Source of the DNA: Parcubacteria group bacterium
GTDB taxonomy: Bacteria > Patescibacteriota > Minisyncoccia > Phycocordibacterales > UBA2135
NCBI GenBank assembly: GCA_016204045.1
Contig: JACQLQ010000004.1
Location: forward strand, 100,927 to 164,926
Length of the DNA: 64,000 nucleotides
Direction: 5' to 3'
Shown here: one piece after another, positions 26,966 through 36,782 of the stretch
How the letters are laid out: each line of letters opens with the position of its first letter
Numbering within the stretch: position 1 is the first letter of the stretch
The notes under the pieces: model-generated
Told to the model about the DNA's origin: nothing
The model's database searches: none
The model's input: the letters and a program-made list of their open reading frames with translations, nothing else
Position numbers and translations under genes: made by a program

Positions 26966-27664
26966 TTAGTGGTCATGACGATGGCCATGGCCGTGTTGGT
27001 GGCTCTCCGTGTGGCCGTGCTTGTCACGAGTTTCGCCCGGGAAGGGATCGCCCTGCTTGATTGCGCGCTTCCCAAGGACAAGCTTCACTCCGAGCCGAGC
27101 CGCAAGCGCCAGAAACTTTGCTGTTGCGAGATCGAGCGCCTTGCGTGACTTGAAGTGTTCGAAGACAATCTCGGAGACATCGCCCCGTCGCGTGATCTTG
27201 ATGTAGTCAGAGGGGTGTGATTTCCCTGCCTCTTCGGCTTCGAGCACAAGCTCTTCGCCTTTTTGCGTAATCGTCACCGTGTAATCGAGAAGTTCTGCCA
27301 CAATGCCGAGAATCTCGAATTGCCAACGATTGGAAACAGCCGAGCTTCGTTCACTCAGCCGCGCTTTTTCGCGAGCAGAGGTAAAGCTCCCCTTCGCCTC
27401 AAGCATCCCTTGCGCATTTACGGTGAAATCGAGACCTCCACCGTCCACTTTCGCAAGGGCGCGCTTAAGCGCCTCAGTGAGAAGCGACTCGACGTCTATC
27501 TCATTACCAGTAATCCATTCCAAGAATGTCGAATCTTCTATACCGAGCTTTTCCAAGAGGTCTGCATCGATATCAAGGGCCTTTGCCTTTTCAGTAAATA
27601 CTTGCGGCTGCGGCGCTGGAATTGTGACCTTAGTAACACTTCTATATCCGATATCGCACGGCAT
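26966..27664 (-). CDS. Hypothetical protein with His-rich C-terminal tail
   Basis: 232 aa ending ...DKHGHTESHQHGHGHRHDH. It is the first gene of the AAA/vWA cluster. Confidence 0.5.
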   Translation of the reverse strand: MPCDIGYRSVTKVTIPAPQPQVFTEKAKALDIDADLLEKLGIEDSTFLEWITGNEIDVESLLTEALKRALAKVDGGGLDFTVNAQGMLEAKGSFTSAREKARLSERSSAVSNRWQFEILGIVAELLDYTVTITQKGEELVLEAEEAGKSHPSDYIKITRRGDVSEIVFEHFKSRKALDLATAKFLALAARLGVKLVLGKRAIKQGDPFPGETRDKHGHTESHQHGHGHRHDH

Positions 27665-27782
27665 GCGGTACCACCTTTCCTTTGCGATCGTTCGTATGTC
27701 AACGACGCTTCTGTCCTCGTACTACCACGAAAAAACGCCGATGGCAAGTCGGCGTAGTGGTGTTGTTTCGCTCATCACTATC

Positions 27783-28007
27783 TTAAAGCTTTTCTATTTC
27801 CTTCAAGTCCTTGTCGGGTATGTAGAGGAGGGCGAGACCAAGTGCAATGCCACCTATGACGGTATAGATATGCACACCATCAAAAAGGGCACCGTCTAGC
27901 CAATCGAGACCATACCAAATGCCCCGCCAGATTAAAACGAGCGCGACGACGACAATGAGGTTCTTCGTAAAATACTGAATGAGATTTCGTTTGGGTATAG
28001 TAGGCAT
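27783..28007 (-). CDS. Small membrane protein (74 aa)
   Basis: Two predicted TM helices. ATG at 28007. Confidence 0.4.
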   Translation of the reverse strand: MPTIPKRNLIQYFTKNLIVVVALVLIWRGIWYGLDWLDGALFDGVHIYTVIGGIALGLALLYIPDKDLKEIEKL

Positions 28008-28013
28008 GTTGTA

Positions 28014-28628
28014 TTATTTTAAACCAGTGTGAATATTTTCTGTAGGCCACTCGATGAGCTCGAGTGTAATGGTGCCGTTGTTAACGTTGAATTTTATGAA
28101 GCCGCTATCAAGCACTTTGAGCGCGTCTTCACGCCCTTCGACGTATCGTCGTTCAAGAGCAATCTCCCACGGACGCTCATCTCTCCCCCGAGATAAGTCT
28201 ACATTGTATGCAATCCCCCGAGTGTTGTGACGCGCATATATCTCGTCTTTAAACGCTTCGAGGTTATTCCCTTCGAAAACCCGAGCGACCTCTGGCGGCA
28301 AGGGCGCAACGTCCCCTGCTGCTCTTCCTTTGAGATAGTCGCGGAGTGTTCGTATGACCTCCCTTGAGTCGGGGCGCATTGATTTTGTCTCACCCAAAGG
28401 TTCATCGAAACGTCTATCGATTGCATCGAACTCTTGCGCGAGGAAATCGAGAAAGGCCGCATATGCCGGAGAGTCGGGCTTGAGACGATACGAGCCTTCG
28501 CTTCCACCTCGGCCGGATTCATCTTCTATGCCATAGCTCGCCAATGCCACTTTCGCCCTTTCAATAAATGTGCGGTCGTGGGGAAGAGGGAGACCCTCCA
28601 TTGTTTCAGAACGAAATTGTTCAAGCAT
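28014..28628 (-). CDS. Hypothetical protein (204 aa)
   Basis: Clean ORF. No family recognised. Confidence 0.45.
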   Translation of the reverse strand: MLEQFRSETMEGLPLPHDRTFIERAKVALASYGIEDESGRGGSEGSYRLKPDSPAYAAFLDFLAQEFDAIDRRFDEPLGETKSMRPDSREVIRTLRDYLKGRAAGDVAPLPPEVARVFEGNNLEAFKDEIYARHNTRGIAYNVDLSRGRDERPWEIALERRYVEGREDALKVLDSGFIKFNVNNGTITLELIEWPTENIHTGLK

Positions 28629-28688
28629 ACATCTACAATATCATAACGACGCAGTCACTGACGAGATGCTCTCTGCGTAAAAAACTGA

Positions 28689-29255
28689 CTAAAAAATAAT
28701 GAAGCTGGCGACGAGGAAGTAAACGAGAAGACTAATGAGATCTTGGATGATGGTGGCAGTGGGCCCGGACCCCAATGCTGGGTCGATGTGCCGCCTATAG
28801 AGTATGTTCGGAATAAAGAGTGCGAGAAGCGGGGCGATAGAAAGGTTGATAAGCATGGTGAGCCCCACCGTTAAGCCAATGGCGTACGATTCGAGCCAAA
28901 CAACAGAGAAGACTCCGAGTGAAACGGCGGAAATAATGCCGAGCCCGAACCCGACGGCGCACTCTTTGAGCACGTATTTCGTGAGACTAAACTTCTTTTT
29001 TTCGGCGAGTGCACGCACATAGATGGTCTCGGTCTGCGTTCCTAGCGCATCACTCAAATACACAATGATGGGGATGAAAAATGCGAGTCGCACGTCTGCA
29101 GAAAGGATCGCTTCGTACTTCGCAACGATCAGGGTAGCGAGAACGCCTCCAAGGAGTCCGAAGATGAGCCATGGTGTACGGTGTTCGATAAGGTGGTCTA
29201 TCGACTCTTTGTTCACATCTTCTTCCGGATACCGATCTCTAGAATTCATTTCCAT
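28689..29255 (-). CDS. MgtE-like integral membrane domain protein (Mg2+ transporter TM module only)
   Basis: Five TM helices with MgtE-type motifs (GLLGG..., DALGTQTET..., ATIIQDLISLLVYF). Lacks the N-terminal CBS domains. Confidence 0.6.
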   Translation of the reverse strand: MEMNSRDRYPEEDVNKESIDHLIEHRTPWLIFGLLGGVLATLIVAKYEAILSADVRLAFFIPIIVYLSDALGTQTETIYVRALAEKKKFSLTKYVLKECAVGFGLGIISAVSLGVFSVVWLESYAIGLTVGLTMLINLSIAPLLALFIPNILYRRHIDPALGSGPTATIIQDLISLLVYFLVASFIIF

Positions 29256-29369
29256 ATATTCATTATACTATTTTTCGTATCGCTCCTCTACCCGCGCTTC
29301 TTGTTAACAAAAAAACCGCTGGGCAAAACCATGCGGCACGGACTCGATTATCTCTATCAATTTCGCATA

Positions 29370-30071
29370 TCAGCTCTTAGGCGGAATCTCCTCCACCTCA
29401 TCAGCATACACGAACCCCATCTCCTGGACGCCAAGTGGGGAGAGATCGACATCATATCCACCCTCGCGCTTGTGGATCACTCTAAAGGAGTGTCCCTTAA
29501 CGCGCTCAAAGAACCCGGGGACTTTTAGTCTGTGTTGCCTGACCACCCGAACCCTGATTACAGGAACACTCTTCACGAGAACGCGCCCCCAGCCATCTGT
29601 CGTCCACACCTCTGATGTCGTCTCCTTGGGAGACGTGTTGAGACGCGACTCGAGCACAATGGCCGCCTTTCTGACTTCAGACGTGAGGTCATAGGTAAGC
29701 ATCTCAGCGTACGTAACCCATGCGTGGTCGGTGTGCTCTTCGCTCAAGGCGAGGGTGCCACCGACAAGCCGAGTGATACTGAATATGACGACGTAGGGCA
29801 AACCCTTGTACTGCCCCGCACCAATCACGAAGCTGTCTACGAACACCTGTCGCTCTGTCGGTTCGACGAGGTACCCGGTTTCTTCCATCACTTCGCGTTC
29901 TTGCGCGTGGGAAAGATCTTGCCCTACATCCACCTTGCCACCGGCAACTTCCCATTTCCCAGGATTATTCTTATCTTTTAGCGACCGCTTGATAATGAGC
30001 CACGTGCCGTCATCGCGTCCCAAGAAGCATCGATTGACGAGAACAACACGAGGTCTGGTGTTCGCTGACAT
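29370..30071 (-). CDS. NUDIX hydrolase with C-terminal extension
   Basis: Nudix box GGKVDVGQDLSHAQEREVMEETG. ATG at 30071 with AAAGGGG upstream. Confidence 0.75.
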   Translation of the reverse strand: MSANTRPRVVLVNRCFLGRDDGTWLIIKRSLKDKNNPGKWEVAGGKVDVGQDLSHAQEREVMEETGYLVEPTERQVFVDSFVIGAGQYKGLPYVVIFSITRLVGGTLALSEEHTDHAWVTYAEMLTYDLTSEVRKAAIVLESRLNTSPKETTSEVWTTDGWGRVLVKSVPVIRVRVVRQHRLKVPGFFERVKGHSFRVIHKREGGYDVDLSPLGVQEMGFVYADEVEEIPPKS

Positions 30072-30140
30072 GGCGCCCCTTTCGCAAGGCAGAACCTTTG
30101 AGAGTAAATCACAAAAATGTAGTTTTGTCAATCAATGACT

Positions 30141-30530
30141 TCACGCGAACGCAGTGACTATGTAGTGCCCAAAAACCAAAACCCCAATGACGACGGCCAC
30201 GAGAGCAGAGACGAGTACGGCGCCTGCGGCAACATCTTTCGTGTCCCTTGCGTATGGGTGGAATTCCGGAGAGGTCAGGTCCATATCTATTTCGATTGCC
30301 GTGTTAAACGCCTCGGCGACAAAGACCAGCCCGCACGCAAGAACCAGGAGCGCCCACTCTGTGGTTGTGATGTGAAAATAAAATCCCAGGGAAACCACAA
30401 AGAGAGAGACAAACGCATGAACCCATGCATTGTGCGTGGTTTTCAAAAACAACCACAATCCCCTCCCCGCGTGAGTGAAGCTCTTCGCGCGCTTCACCAA
30501 AGAGAACCTCTTTTCATTCATTTGTTCCAT
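30141..30530 (-). CDS. dgkA: Diacylglycerol/undecaprenol kinase (DgkA family)
   Basis: EAFNTAIEIDMD and the KDVAAGAVL motifs with three TM helices. Start is at 30530 or 30521. Confidence 0.7.
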   Translation of the reverse strand: MEQMNEKRFSLVKRAKSFTHAGRGLWLFLKTTHNAWVHAFVSLFVVSLGFYFHITTTEWALLVLACGLVFVAEAFNTAIEIDMDLTSPEFHPYARDTKDVAAGAVLVSALVAVVIGVLVFGHYIVTAFA

Positions 30531-30580
30531 ATATATGGAGGGGCAAAACAATTATCTATGTGGATCAAAAATCAACTCTT

Positions 30581-31411
30581 CTAATCTGCTTTAAGAAAAA
30601 TATACTCCGTAGCGCCTGATGACGACGGGAAGTAGATTGTGTCGGGGTCTTGACCCGGACCATTTTGCTCTTTAGGCAAGACCGGGCAGTCATGCCTATC
30701 GCGATAGTCCTCGGCAATAGCCAATGTTGCGGGGGTAATGCCATAGCGCGCATACTCCGCAAGAATGTGTGGCGTCATGTGGGTAAACACCTCGTCTACC
30801 ATTGGTTGGTGCAGTGGCCGGGTGAACTTCATGCCGATGTCGAAGTTGTCGGTTGCACGTTCGGGGCCACGAGCCAAATTAGCCGTGCCGATTTTTTGTC
30901 CGGCAGTTACGCGCGATCCCCGATGCAACGAGGGGTCGAGATTGATATGAAAGAATACGAACTGCCACCGCCGCGGACTCACGGGGCTATGCGTATCGGG
31001 AGCCAGCCAAATCTGCTGGTCCCCGGGACCACCCAAGTCATTATCGACAAGAGAAATCTCACCATCAAACGGCGCAAATACGGAAACCTTCTCCAGTGTG
31101 CCGCGATACTCTGGCCTTGCCTTCACATAATGCTTCATGGAGCGCGGCGTTTTTTCACGCTCGCCGGTTCCAACAGTTGGGTGTCGGAAATCGTGGCCAG
31201 CACAACTGCGATATTGCGAAAAGGCGGCAATTTGGGAAAGGTCTACAGGATTAGCAGTAATAAACTTCTGGGCAATTTCGGTGGATGTTGGCAAATATGA
31301 AAACCCAAGTGCCATTGCCGTGAGCCCAGTGGCACCAACCACTACTATAATGAACACTGCCTTAATCCAGGGACGCATGATGTTTATCATATCATGATTA
31401 CCGCGCGCCAT
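30581..31411 (-). CDS. Membrane-anchored exported hypothetical protein (possible peptidase-like)
   Basis: N-terminal TM/signal anchor. Weak His-containing motifs (SCAGHDFRH, FFHINLDPSLHRGS). Family unresolved. Confidence 0.35.
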   Translation of the reverse strand: MARGNHDMINIMRPWIKAVFIIVVVGATGLTAMALGFSYLPTSTEIAQKFITANPVDLSQIAAFSQYRSCAGHDFRHPTVGTGEREKTPRSMKHYVKARPEYRGTLEKVSVFAPFDGEISLVDNDLGGPGDQQIWLAPDTHSPVSPRRWQFVFFHINLDPSLHRGSRVTAGQKIGTANLARGPERATDNFDIGMKFTRPLHQPMVDEVFTHMTPHILAEYARYGITPATLAIAEDYRDRHDCPVLPKEQNGPGQDPDTIYFPSSSGATEYIFLKAD

Positions 31412-31471
31412 GTTTGTTGCTAGTGAGACAGACGTGGCAGAGACAATGCGGTTGAGCCATACTCGGCAGAA

Positions 31472-31729
31472 CTAACCGTGTATGCGGTTCCACACCAAAG
31501 CTCCTATATAGCCGATGACATAGCCCATGATTGAGGTCGCCACCACCAACGTCACCGCTGCTGTCGCATCAAACGGACCAACTATAATCTCCATGTGAAT
31601 CATGTGCGCCCAAAGGATAAAATCCCAAATCACCTGCGCAAATCCCGATAAAACCAAAAGCGACCACATGAGGTGCCAACCACCAAGCAGAGCACCAAAC
31701 ACAATTCCTACTTTGTTTGTATTTGTCAT
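31472..31729 (-). CDS. Small membrane protein (85 aa)
   Basis: Three hydrophobic segments. Clean ORF. Confidence 0.4.
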   Translation of the reverse strand: MTNTNKVGIVFGALLGGWHLMWSLLVLSGFAQVIWDFILWAHMIHMEIIVGPFDATAAVTLVVATSIMGYVIGYIGALVWNRIHG

Positions 31730-31875
31730 AAAGATAGTAAGGCTGTTAATAATCCCATTATACGCTCTTCTTTATTAAGCACACTGTATGCTGTGAATAA
31801 CATTTAAAAATAGCGTAAGTGCCTCTAACAAAAAAGCCGCTGGGTAAACCATGCGGCAAAGACATCACAATTATT

Positions 31876-32850
31876 TTACGATTCCTTAGGGGCCTTGCCT
31901 GCGTTGCTAAGGCGCGGCAGTGCACCAATCATTCCGGCAGCTTTTTCCATCTCCGCAAACGCCTTTTCATGGAGCCCAGCTGCGACATGACTTGGAGCAA
32001 AAAGCACAGTCGGTCCAAGTAAGTCTGCCAAACCACCCCGAACAATGAGCCCGAATTCCCCCTCTGCTGGATCAAGAGTGAAGAAAAACCCTACACCGTT
32101 TACCCCACCTTTAGGCTTGAAACCAACTGTCCTAGCCACGTGATTCTCTGGAGCCCCATCCTCGTATAAAGAGATCGCTTCTTCATGAGTCATCGCTTCA
32201 AGTTGGTCAGCGGCGACCTCTTCCTCTTGAACAGTCAGACCAGTTGCCATCCTTATCTTGACCGTCTTCTCGTCTATCGTAATCTCTATTTCTCCCAACA
32301 CGAGAGCTGATTCGTCCGTAGGGGCCAACCCGATATACGTTCCCATCAAATCCTTCAGACTTGGTGTGATCTTGTATTCGTCGTAGACGTAGTTCCCCCC
32401 ATAGACTGTAGCCCGCCCCGCGGTTTGGTAAATCTTCTTTTGTTCGCGGAGGGCGAGGAATGTATGAATCGAGCAACGAGTCGTCTTTGACGGTGAACCG
32501 TCCTTCTCATAGACCGCCACCAGGCCGTCGAGGAAAACATAGCGGATAGAGCACCCCTTCTTCAGGGCGCTCAAGACCACTTCTTCTTCGCTCAAGACTT
32601 CGAGCTCGAACGCTGCTACTGAAATCACAACTCCGTCATCGAACTGGACAACATGTGATGCCACAACACCCGATTCCTCGTAGGGGTTAATGTAGAATCC
32701 TTCCTTCCCGATGTATTGGGCGGAAGTGGGAAATACGTCGGTGTGTGGGGCCGCCTTTACGCGCACCCGCGACCTGTTCGATGGAGCCTTCGACAGTTGC
32801 GTCACTTTGGTCCGTCCTCTTGCATGCGGCAACTCAATGCAAACTAACAT
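31876..32850 (-). CDS. Hypothetical protein (324 aa)
   Basis: No recognised family. First of a string of minus-strand hypotheticals. Confidence 0.4.
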   Translation of the reverse strand: MLVCIELPHARGRTKVTQLSKAPSNRSRVRVKAAPHTDVFPTSAQYIGKEGFYINPYEESGVVASHVVQFDDGVVISVAAFELEVLSEEEVVLSALKKGCSIRYVFLDGLVAVYEKDGSPSKTTRCSIHTFLALREQKKIYQTAGRATVYGGNYVYDEYKITPSLKDLMGTYIGLAPTDESALVLGEIEITIDEKTVKIRMATGLTVQEEEVAADQLEAMTHEEAISLYEDGAPENHVARTVGFKPKGGVNGVGFFFTLDPAEGEFGLIVRGGLADLLGPTVLFAPSHVAAGLHEKAFAEMEKAAGMIGALPRLSNAGKAPKES

Positions 32851-32943
32851 ACAAATGGTATTATGTCAAACACTACTTCAATCGTACGTATCCTCATCTT
32901 AAAAAATAAAAAAGCCGCCGGTCTTGCGAAGGGCGGCGGCGGT

Positions 32944-33921
32944 CTATACTGCACATTGCACAGATGAACCAGAACGGATCTTTCGATGCATGATCCCATT
33001 TATTTTCCTCGACGCGCCGAAGGCGAAGGCGTAGCCTCCAACATTGCGGTAGAAAGACGCGAGGCGCCGCTTGTCTCCTTCGAGGTGCGCAATCTTCTCC
33101 TTGATACCGCGGCACTCCTCCGGCTCTCGCACACGTTCAGCGCTCCGCAGTCCGCGACGATAATCCGCCAGAGTCTTCTTGACCAGCGACTTGCCGTCGA
33201 TGACCCAGAGACCAAATCCAGAAAAATACTTTTTGAAGAGCCCAATGACAAACTCTAGCCGATTTCGAGGAAACCGATAGAGCCAACGGTTGCCCGTGCG
33301 GTTGATCAACTGCACTTGCTGAATCAGCAGTTGCCGCTTCTCCATAATCGAGAAGCTGATCGTCATCACGTGCCTACGCTTGTAGTAGACGAGAAAGGCA
33401 AAGACTCCATCGAGGTAGACGCGACTGTACTTGCCCCGACCAAACTCGTTAAAGTACGTCGTGTAGTCGAGTCTAATCTCGAAATCGGGGAGGCCGAGCG
33501 AGAATGCGCGGATGCCATTATATACATCCACAACACCGTTCCATGTGCCAGTGCCACAACCCCATCGCCACATTGAGCTTTTAATCTTGCGCACGACTTC
33601 GTGTTGGGCACTCGTTTCGAAAAACTTATCGACCGAGGTGTCCATCATGAAGATGCTCGAGTAATAGATCTTGCAGAGCTCATCAAAGGACAGTCCAGCA
33701 AAAGCCTCGAGCGGCAACCTGGAGCAATCATCGGGGAATGCAAATGCTCTCTCGAAATCCCTCTCCAGAGACTGGGCCCATGAGCCCAACTTCTCCTTCG
33801 CACCAGTAATCGCATGAGCCGGCTTACTCGCGTACGCAGGCTCGACTTTGTGTAGCTCCCCCGAAAGAGAGCGCAGCTGAAGTCCCTTCATGCTCCCTCT
33901 CCGGCAAGTGTCAGCGAACAA
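32944..33921 (-). CDS. Hypothetical protein (325 aa)
   Basis: No confident family. Aromatic-rich core (WRWGCGTGTWNG...YLDGVFAFLVYYKRRH). Confidence 0.4.
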   Translation of the reverse strand: MFADTCRRGSMKGLQLRSLSGELHKVEPAYASKPAHAITGAKEKLGSWAQSLERDFERAFAFPDDCSRLPLEAFAGLSFDELCKIYYSSIFMMDTSVDKFFETSAQHEVVRKIKSSMWRWGCGTGTWNGVVDVYNGIRAFSLGLPDFEIRLDYTTYFNEFGRGKYSRVYLDGVFAFLVYYKRRHVMTISFSIMEKRQLLIQQVQLINRTGNRWLYRFPRNRLEFVIGLFKKYFSGFGLWVIDGKSLVKKTLADYRRGLRSAERVREPEECRGIKEKIAHLEGDKRRLASFYRNVGGYAFAFGASRKINGIMHRKIRSGSSVQCAV

Positions 33922-34029
33922 CTGGAGAATATGTTAGCAATGAAAATAGAGAAATGTCAAGTTCTCCTTTTCTCAAAACAAAAAAGCCGTCGATGTAGAA
34001 TCGACGGGCTCGCTTAACTACGAAAACTC

Positions 34030-34359
34030 TTAGGCGACACTCTCTCCCGAGTGTGTCCGACGCAATACCCAACTTCCGTTGCACAGAAAATCAACCACGA
34101 GAACGAACTTGCCCTCTCTGTCGGGGGTCACTCGACATTCGAGAGAAGCTACCTTTTCGCCAACCTTCATCTCTTGGTAGTGAGGCTCAATAGTTACGCC
34201 AGACCCGTGCACAACGACTGCCCCATCAAATGTTTCAGACGTTACTCTGTCAGGTGCTGGCGTAACGGTAATTGCCAACACATACGTTGTGCCAACCTTG
34301 CATGGGTGGTCAGTATCAGCTCCCCTGAGCTCTGAAGCGACGATGTGGGTTACGCTCAC
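34030..34359 (-). CDS. Hypothetical protein (109 aa)
   Basis: Clean ORF. Beta-rich composition. Confidence 0.35.
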   Translation of the reverse strand: MSVTHIVASELRGADTDHPCKVGTTYVLAITVTPAPDRVTSETFDGAVVVHGSGVTIEPHYQEMKVGEKVASLECRVTPDREGKFVLVVDFLCNGSWVLRRTHSGESVA

Positions 34360-34491
34360 GGTGTCAACTCCCCTTTTCTTCTTTCATAAAACTATCTGTA
34401 AATATTGCGGGTGTCAATTTGGCTGCCGCTCCTCCTTTGTATAAAAAAGACCCTCGCCTCCGCCAACCGGCAGACGCGAGGGCCCCTAGTC

Positions 34492-34845
34492 TTAGTCGCC
34501 GCCACCAAGGCGTCGGATGATCTTCACGACCTGGGTATCGCTCCCAAGTGTGTACTGCCCCGTTAGGAAGAGACAGCGCAACCACGCGTGGCTGCCGAGC
34601 ACCGGACTGTACTTGTCGCGGGCGACCTTCTCCAGTTCAGCCGGAGTCATTTCCCGAAGCTGGGTTGGGTCGATGAGATACGTATCCCATCCGCCCGCCC
34701 ACAACACCGTGACCTCGCGGCCTGATTCTTTGGTCATGTGACACCTCCTGCTTTGCGAGCAGAAGATGGTCAAGACCAATTCTTGATTATCTATCTGCTC
34801 AATAGTTAACAAAGTAAGCTTAGCATAAAAATAGAGCCACGTCAA
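34492..34845 (-). CDS. Hypothetical protein
   Basis: ORF with a probable internal start (MTKESGREV...). Confidence 0.3.
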   Translation of the reverse strand: MTWLYFYAKLTLLTIEQIDNQELVLTIFCSQSRRCHMTKESGREVTVLWAGGWDTYLIDPTQLREMTPAELEKVARDKYSPVLGSHAWLRCLFLTGQYTLGSDTQVVKIIRRLGGGD

Positions 34846-34916
34846 GCTCCACGAGTAAGATTTTTTAAAAAGAAGAACCCCGCGCTCCGAAGAGACGCGG
34901 GGGTGTGGGGAGGGAC

Positions 34917-35366
34917 TTACCTCCCCACCTCGGACAGCGAGACACTTTCGCCGTAGTAGCCGTTCGACGATCCATACCAGCGAATCGTCACTGATCCTTT
35001 CTGAGTCGCGAACTCATAGAACGTCCAAGTCCCACTTTCGTCGGCATTGGGGTCATCCTGCGTCCGCTCTTCCGCGCGAATGATGGGTGCATGGACAAGG
35101 TCGTCCAAGTCCCCAGCAATGTCCTCGATCGAGACCGCCTCGCAGCAGTCCTGCTCGTGGTACATGAGGAACTTTCGCCCCCCTTTAGCATGGAAGATAA
35201 TCTCGTCCTTCGACCCTGGTATTTCGACTTTCTCGAAGGTGAGGCCGAGCAACTCAGTCAGCGTGGTGTATGCGTACATGGAGAGTCCTCCTAGGGGTGA
35301 GACATCAGGCTCTTCCCAAGAGGTATCTCCAATTAAAATACTATCATAAAATATAGTTTTTGTCAA
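34917..35366 (-). CDS. Hypothetical protein (149 aa)
   Basis: Clean ORF. Acidic protein. Confidence 0.4.
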   Translation of the reverse strand: MTKTIFYDSILIGDTSWEEPDVSPLGGLSMYAYTTLTELLGLTFEKVEIPGSKDEIIFHAKGGRKFLMYHEQDCCEAVSIEDIAGDLDDLVHAPIIRAEERTQDDPNADESGTWTFYEFATQKGSVTIRWYGSSNGYYGESVSLSEVGR

Positions 35367-35431
35367 TATCCCTTTGGCGGGGTTTGAATATAAAAAAACC
35401 GCCGATGTAGCATCGGCGGGCGTTTAAAAAA

Positions 35432-36193
35432 CTATTCAACATAGACGCGGGTCTCATCTCCACCACTCAAGGCAAAGTCGAAATACGTCATCGAGACACC
35501 ACCCACCTCTTCGGCGCCAGTCCCGACCAGTGTAACGTCACCCACATCAAGCGTTGTGCCTGCTAACGCCTTCAATGCTGACGCCTTCAATGCAAAGAGG
35601 GCGCTTTCATGGGGAAGAGAAATTGCCGAACGGAGCTGGTCGGGTCTGATGTCGACGTCCCATACACTGCGCTCCACCTCGACGAGTTCATCGTCCTTAA
35701 TCGCGAGAATGAGACCCGCATCGGGAGCAAGCCCTCCAGAGTGATCAGTCAAAAGAACAGCATTGCCAATAACGTGCATCGGCACTTCCCCTGCCTGCGT
35801 GCCCCCAGACCATGTTTCAGTTGGGGCGACTTTTACTGCGCCAAAATAGCGCTTGGTTCTGCGGGAAATAAATTTTTCCCCAAGGCGTACTTCTCGGAAA
35901 GATAGTTCCCTAGAGTTCGACTGCGCCAACCAACCTAGATCTTTCAGGATCTGACACTCGCTGCAGAGGTTCGACTTGCTGACATAACCCTCGGAAACGA
36001 CGATGTCGCCACCGCAAGCGACGCAATCAAAGTGCATTGGTGAACCTGCGCGGAGAGCGGAGTTGTCAATCCGCTTCCTCGTCTTGTTTTCTGCGCGCCT
36101 GCTCTGCCAAGCCGCAAGAGCCGCCGCCTTTCCTTGTGTGGTCGCCAAAGACATCCGTGTCTCCTTCCGTGTCTTGTTTTCTGAAGAGGTCAT
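35432..36193 (-). CDS. Hypothetical protein with CxxC...CxxC zinc ribbon
   Basis: FDCVACGG...CSECQ zinc-ribbon in the N-terminal third. Confidence 0.4.
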   Translation of the reverse strand: MTSSENKTRKETRMSLATTQGKAAALAAWQSRRAENKTRKRIDNSALRAGSPMHFDCVACGGDIVVSEGYVSKSNLCSECQILKDLGWLAQSNSRELSFREVRLGEKFISRRTKRYFGAVKVAPTETWSGGTQAGEVPMHVIGNAVLLTDHSGGLAPDAGLILAIKDDELVEVERSVWDVDIRPDQLRSAISLPHESALFALKASALKALAGTTLDVGDVTLVGTGAEEVGGVSMTYFDFALSGGDETRVYVE

Positions 36194-36278
36194 CTCTCCA
36201 GATTGCTATCGGCAAATGTAATAGGAAAAGTTCACTCTGTCAAGATGTCGGCCGCGCGGAGGACGTAAATATAGCCCC

Positions 36279-36380
36279 CTGCGGCTTGCCGCAGGGTATT
36301 CAACCTATATTTCGTCTTCGCTCGGAGAAAATGAAAATTGAAACATTTTCATTTTGCCCACTCGCTCGACGAAATAAAAA
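36279..36380. repeat. Copy 2 of the ~100-nt structured intergenic repeat
   Basis: Core is about 95% identical to 3421..3517. Differences fall in hairpin 2 and preserve pairing (tcttc/gaaga versus tcttcg/cggaga, with a T.G wobble). Followed by the GC hairpin gccgccttgtggaagggcggc. Confidence 0.7.
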
Positions 36381-36413
36381 GCCGCCTTGTGGAAGGGCGG
36401 CTTCCGAAGGCGG

Positions 36414-36782
36414 TTAATGCGAATTCAGATAAATGTTCAGACACCCGTCGGAATTAATTTCCCTTATGTAGATTACCCGCATCTCGGAACCCCACGGCAC
36501 TCTAAGATTCAGGCGATCAACCTTGTGCGCCGCCATTGCCTCGCGAATAGCCTTGAGCAGTGCCTTCTGGAGGGGATGCGTCATAGACGTCCAACGAGCA
36601 AGCAGTTCACGCTCCCGAAAGAAGAGTTCCTTGCCGGTGTCTGCCGCGGGAACGCGGAATTCTGTATCTCTCGTGCCGCGGAAAGCTCTGCACACAGACT
36701 CCATGTTCCACAACTCATCTTTTGCATAAGGGACGAGGTCGTTGAGTCCACCCTCAAGAGCGGGTTCCGATTTGTTCAGCAT
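36414..36782 (-). CDS. Hypothetical protein (122 aa)
   Basis: Clean ORF. No family recognised. Confidence 0.4.
   Translation of the reverse strand: MLNKSEPALEGGLNDLVPYAKDELWNMESVCRAFRGTRDTEFRVPAADTGKELFFRERELLARWTSMTHPLQKALLKAIREAMAAHKVDRLNLRVPWGSEMRVIYIREINSDGCLNIYLNSH

Noticed and set aside
25174-27148. Several 100-175-aa plus-strand ORFs inside the AAA+ ATPase gene
   Set aside because: They are antisense to a gene with unambiguous Walker A/B and SRH motifs.
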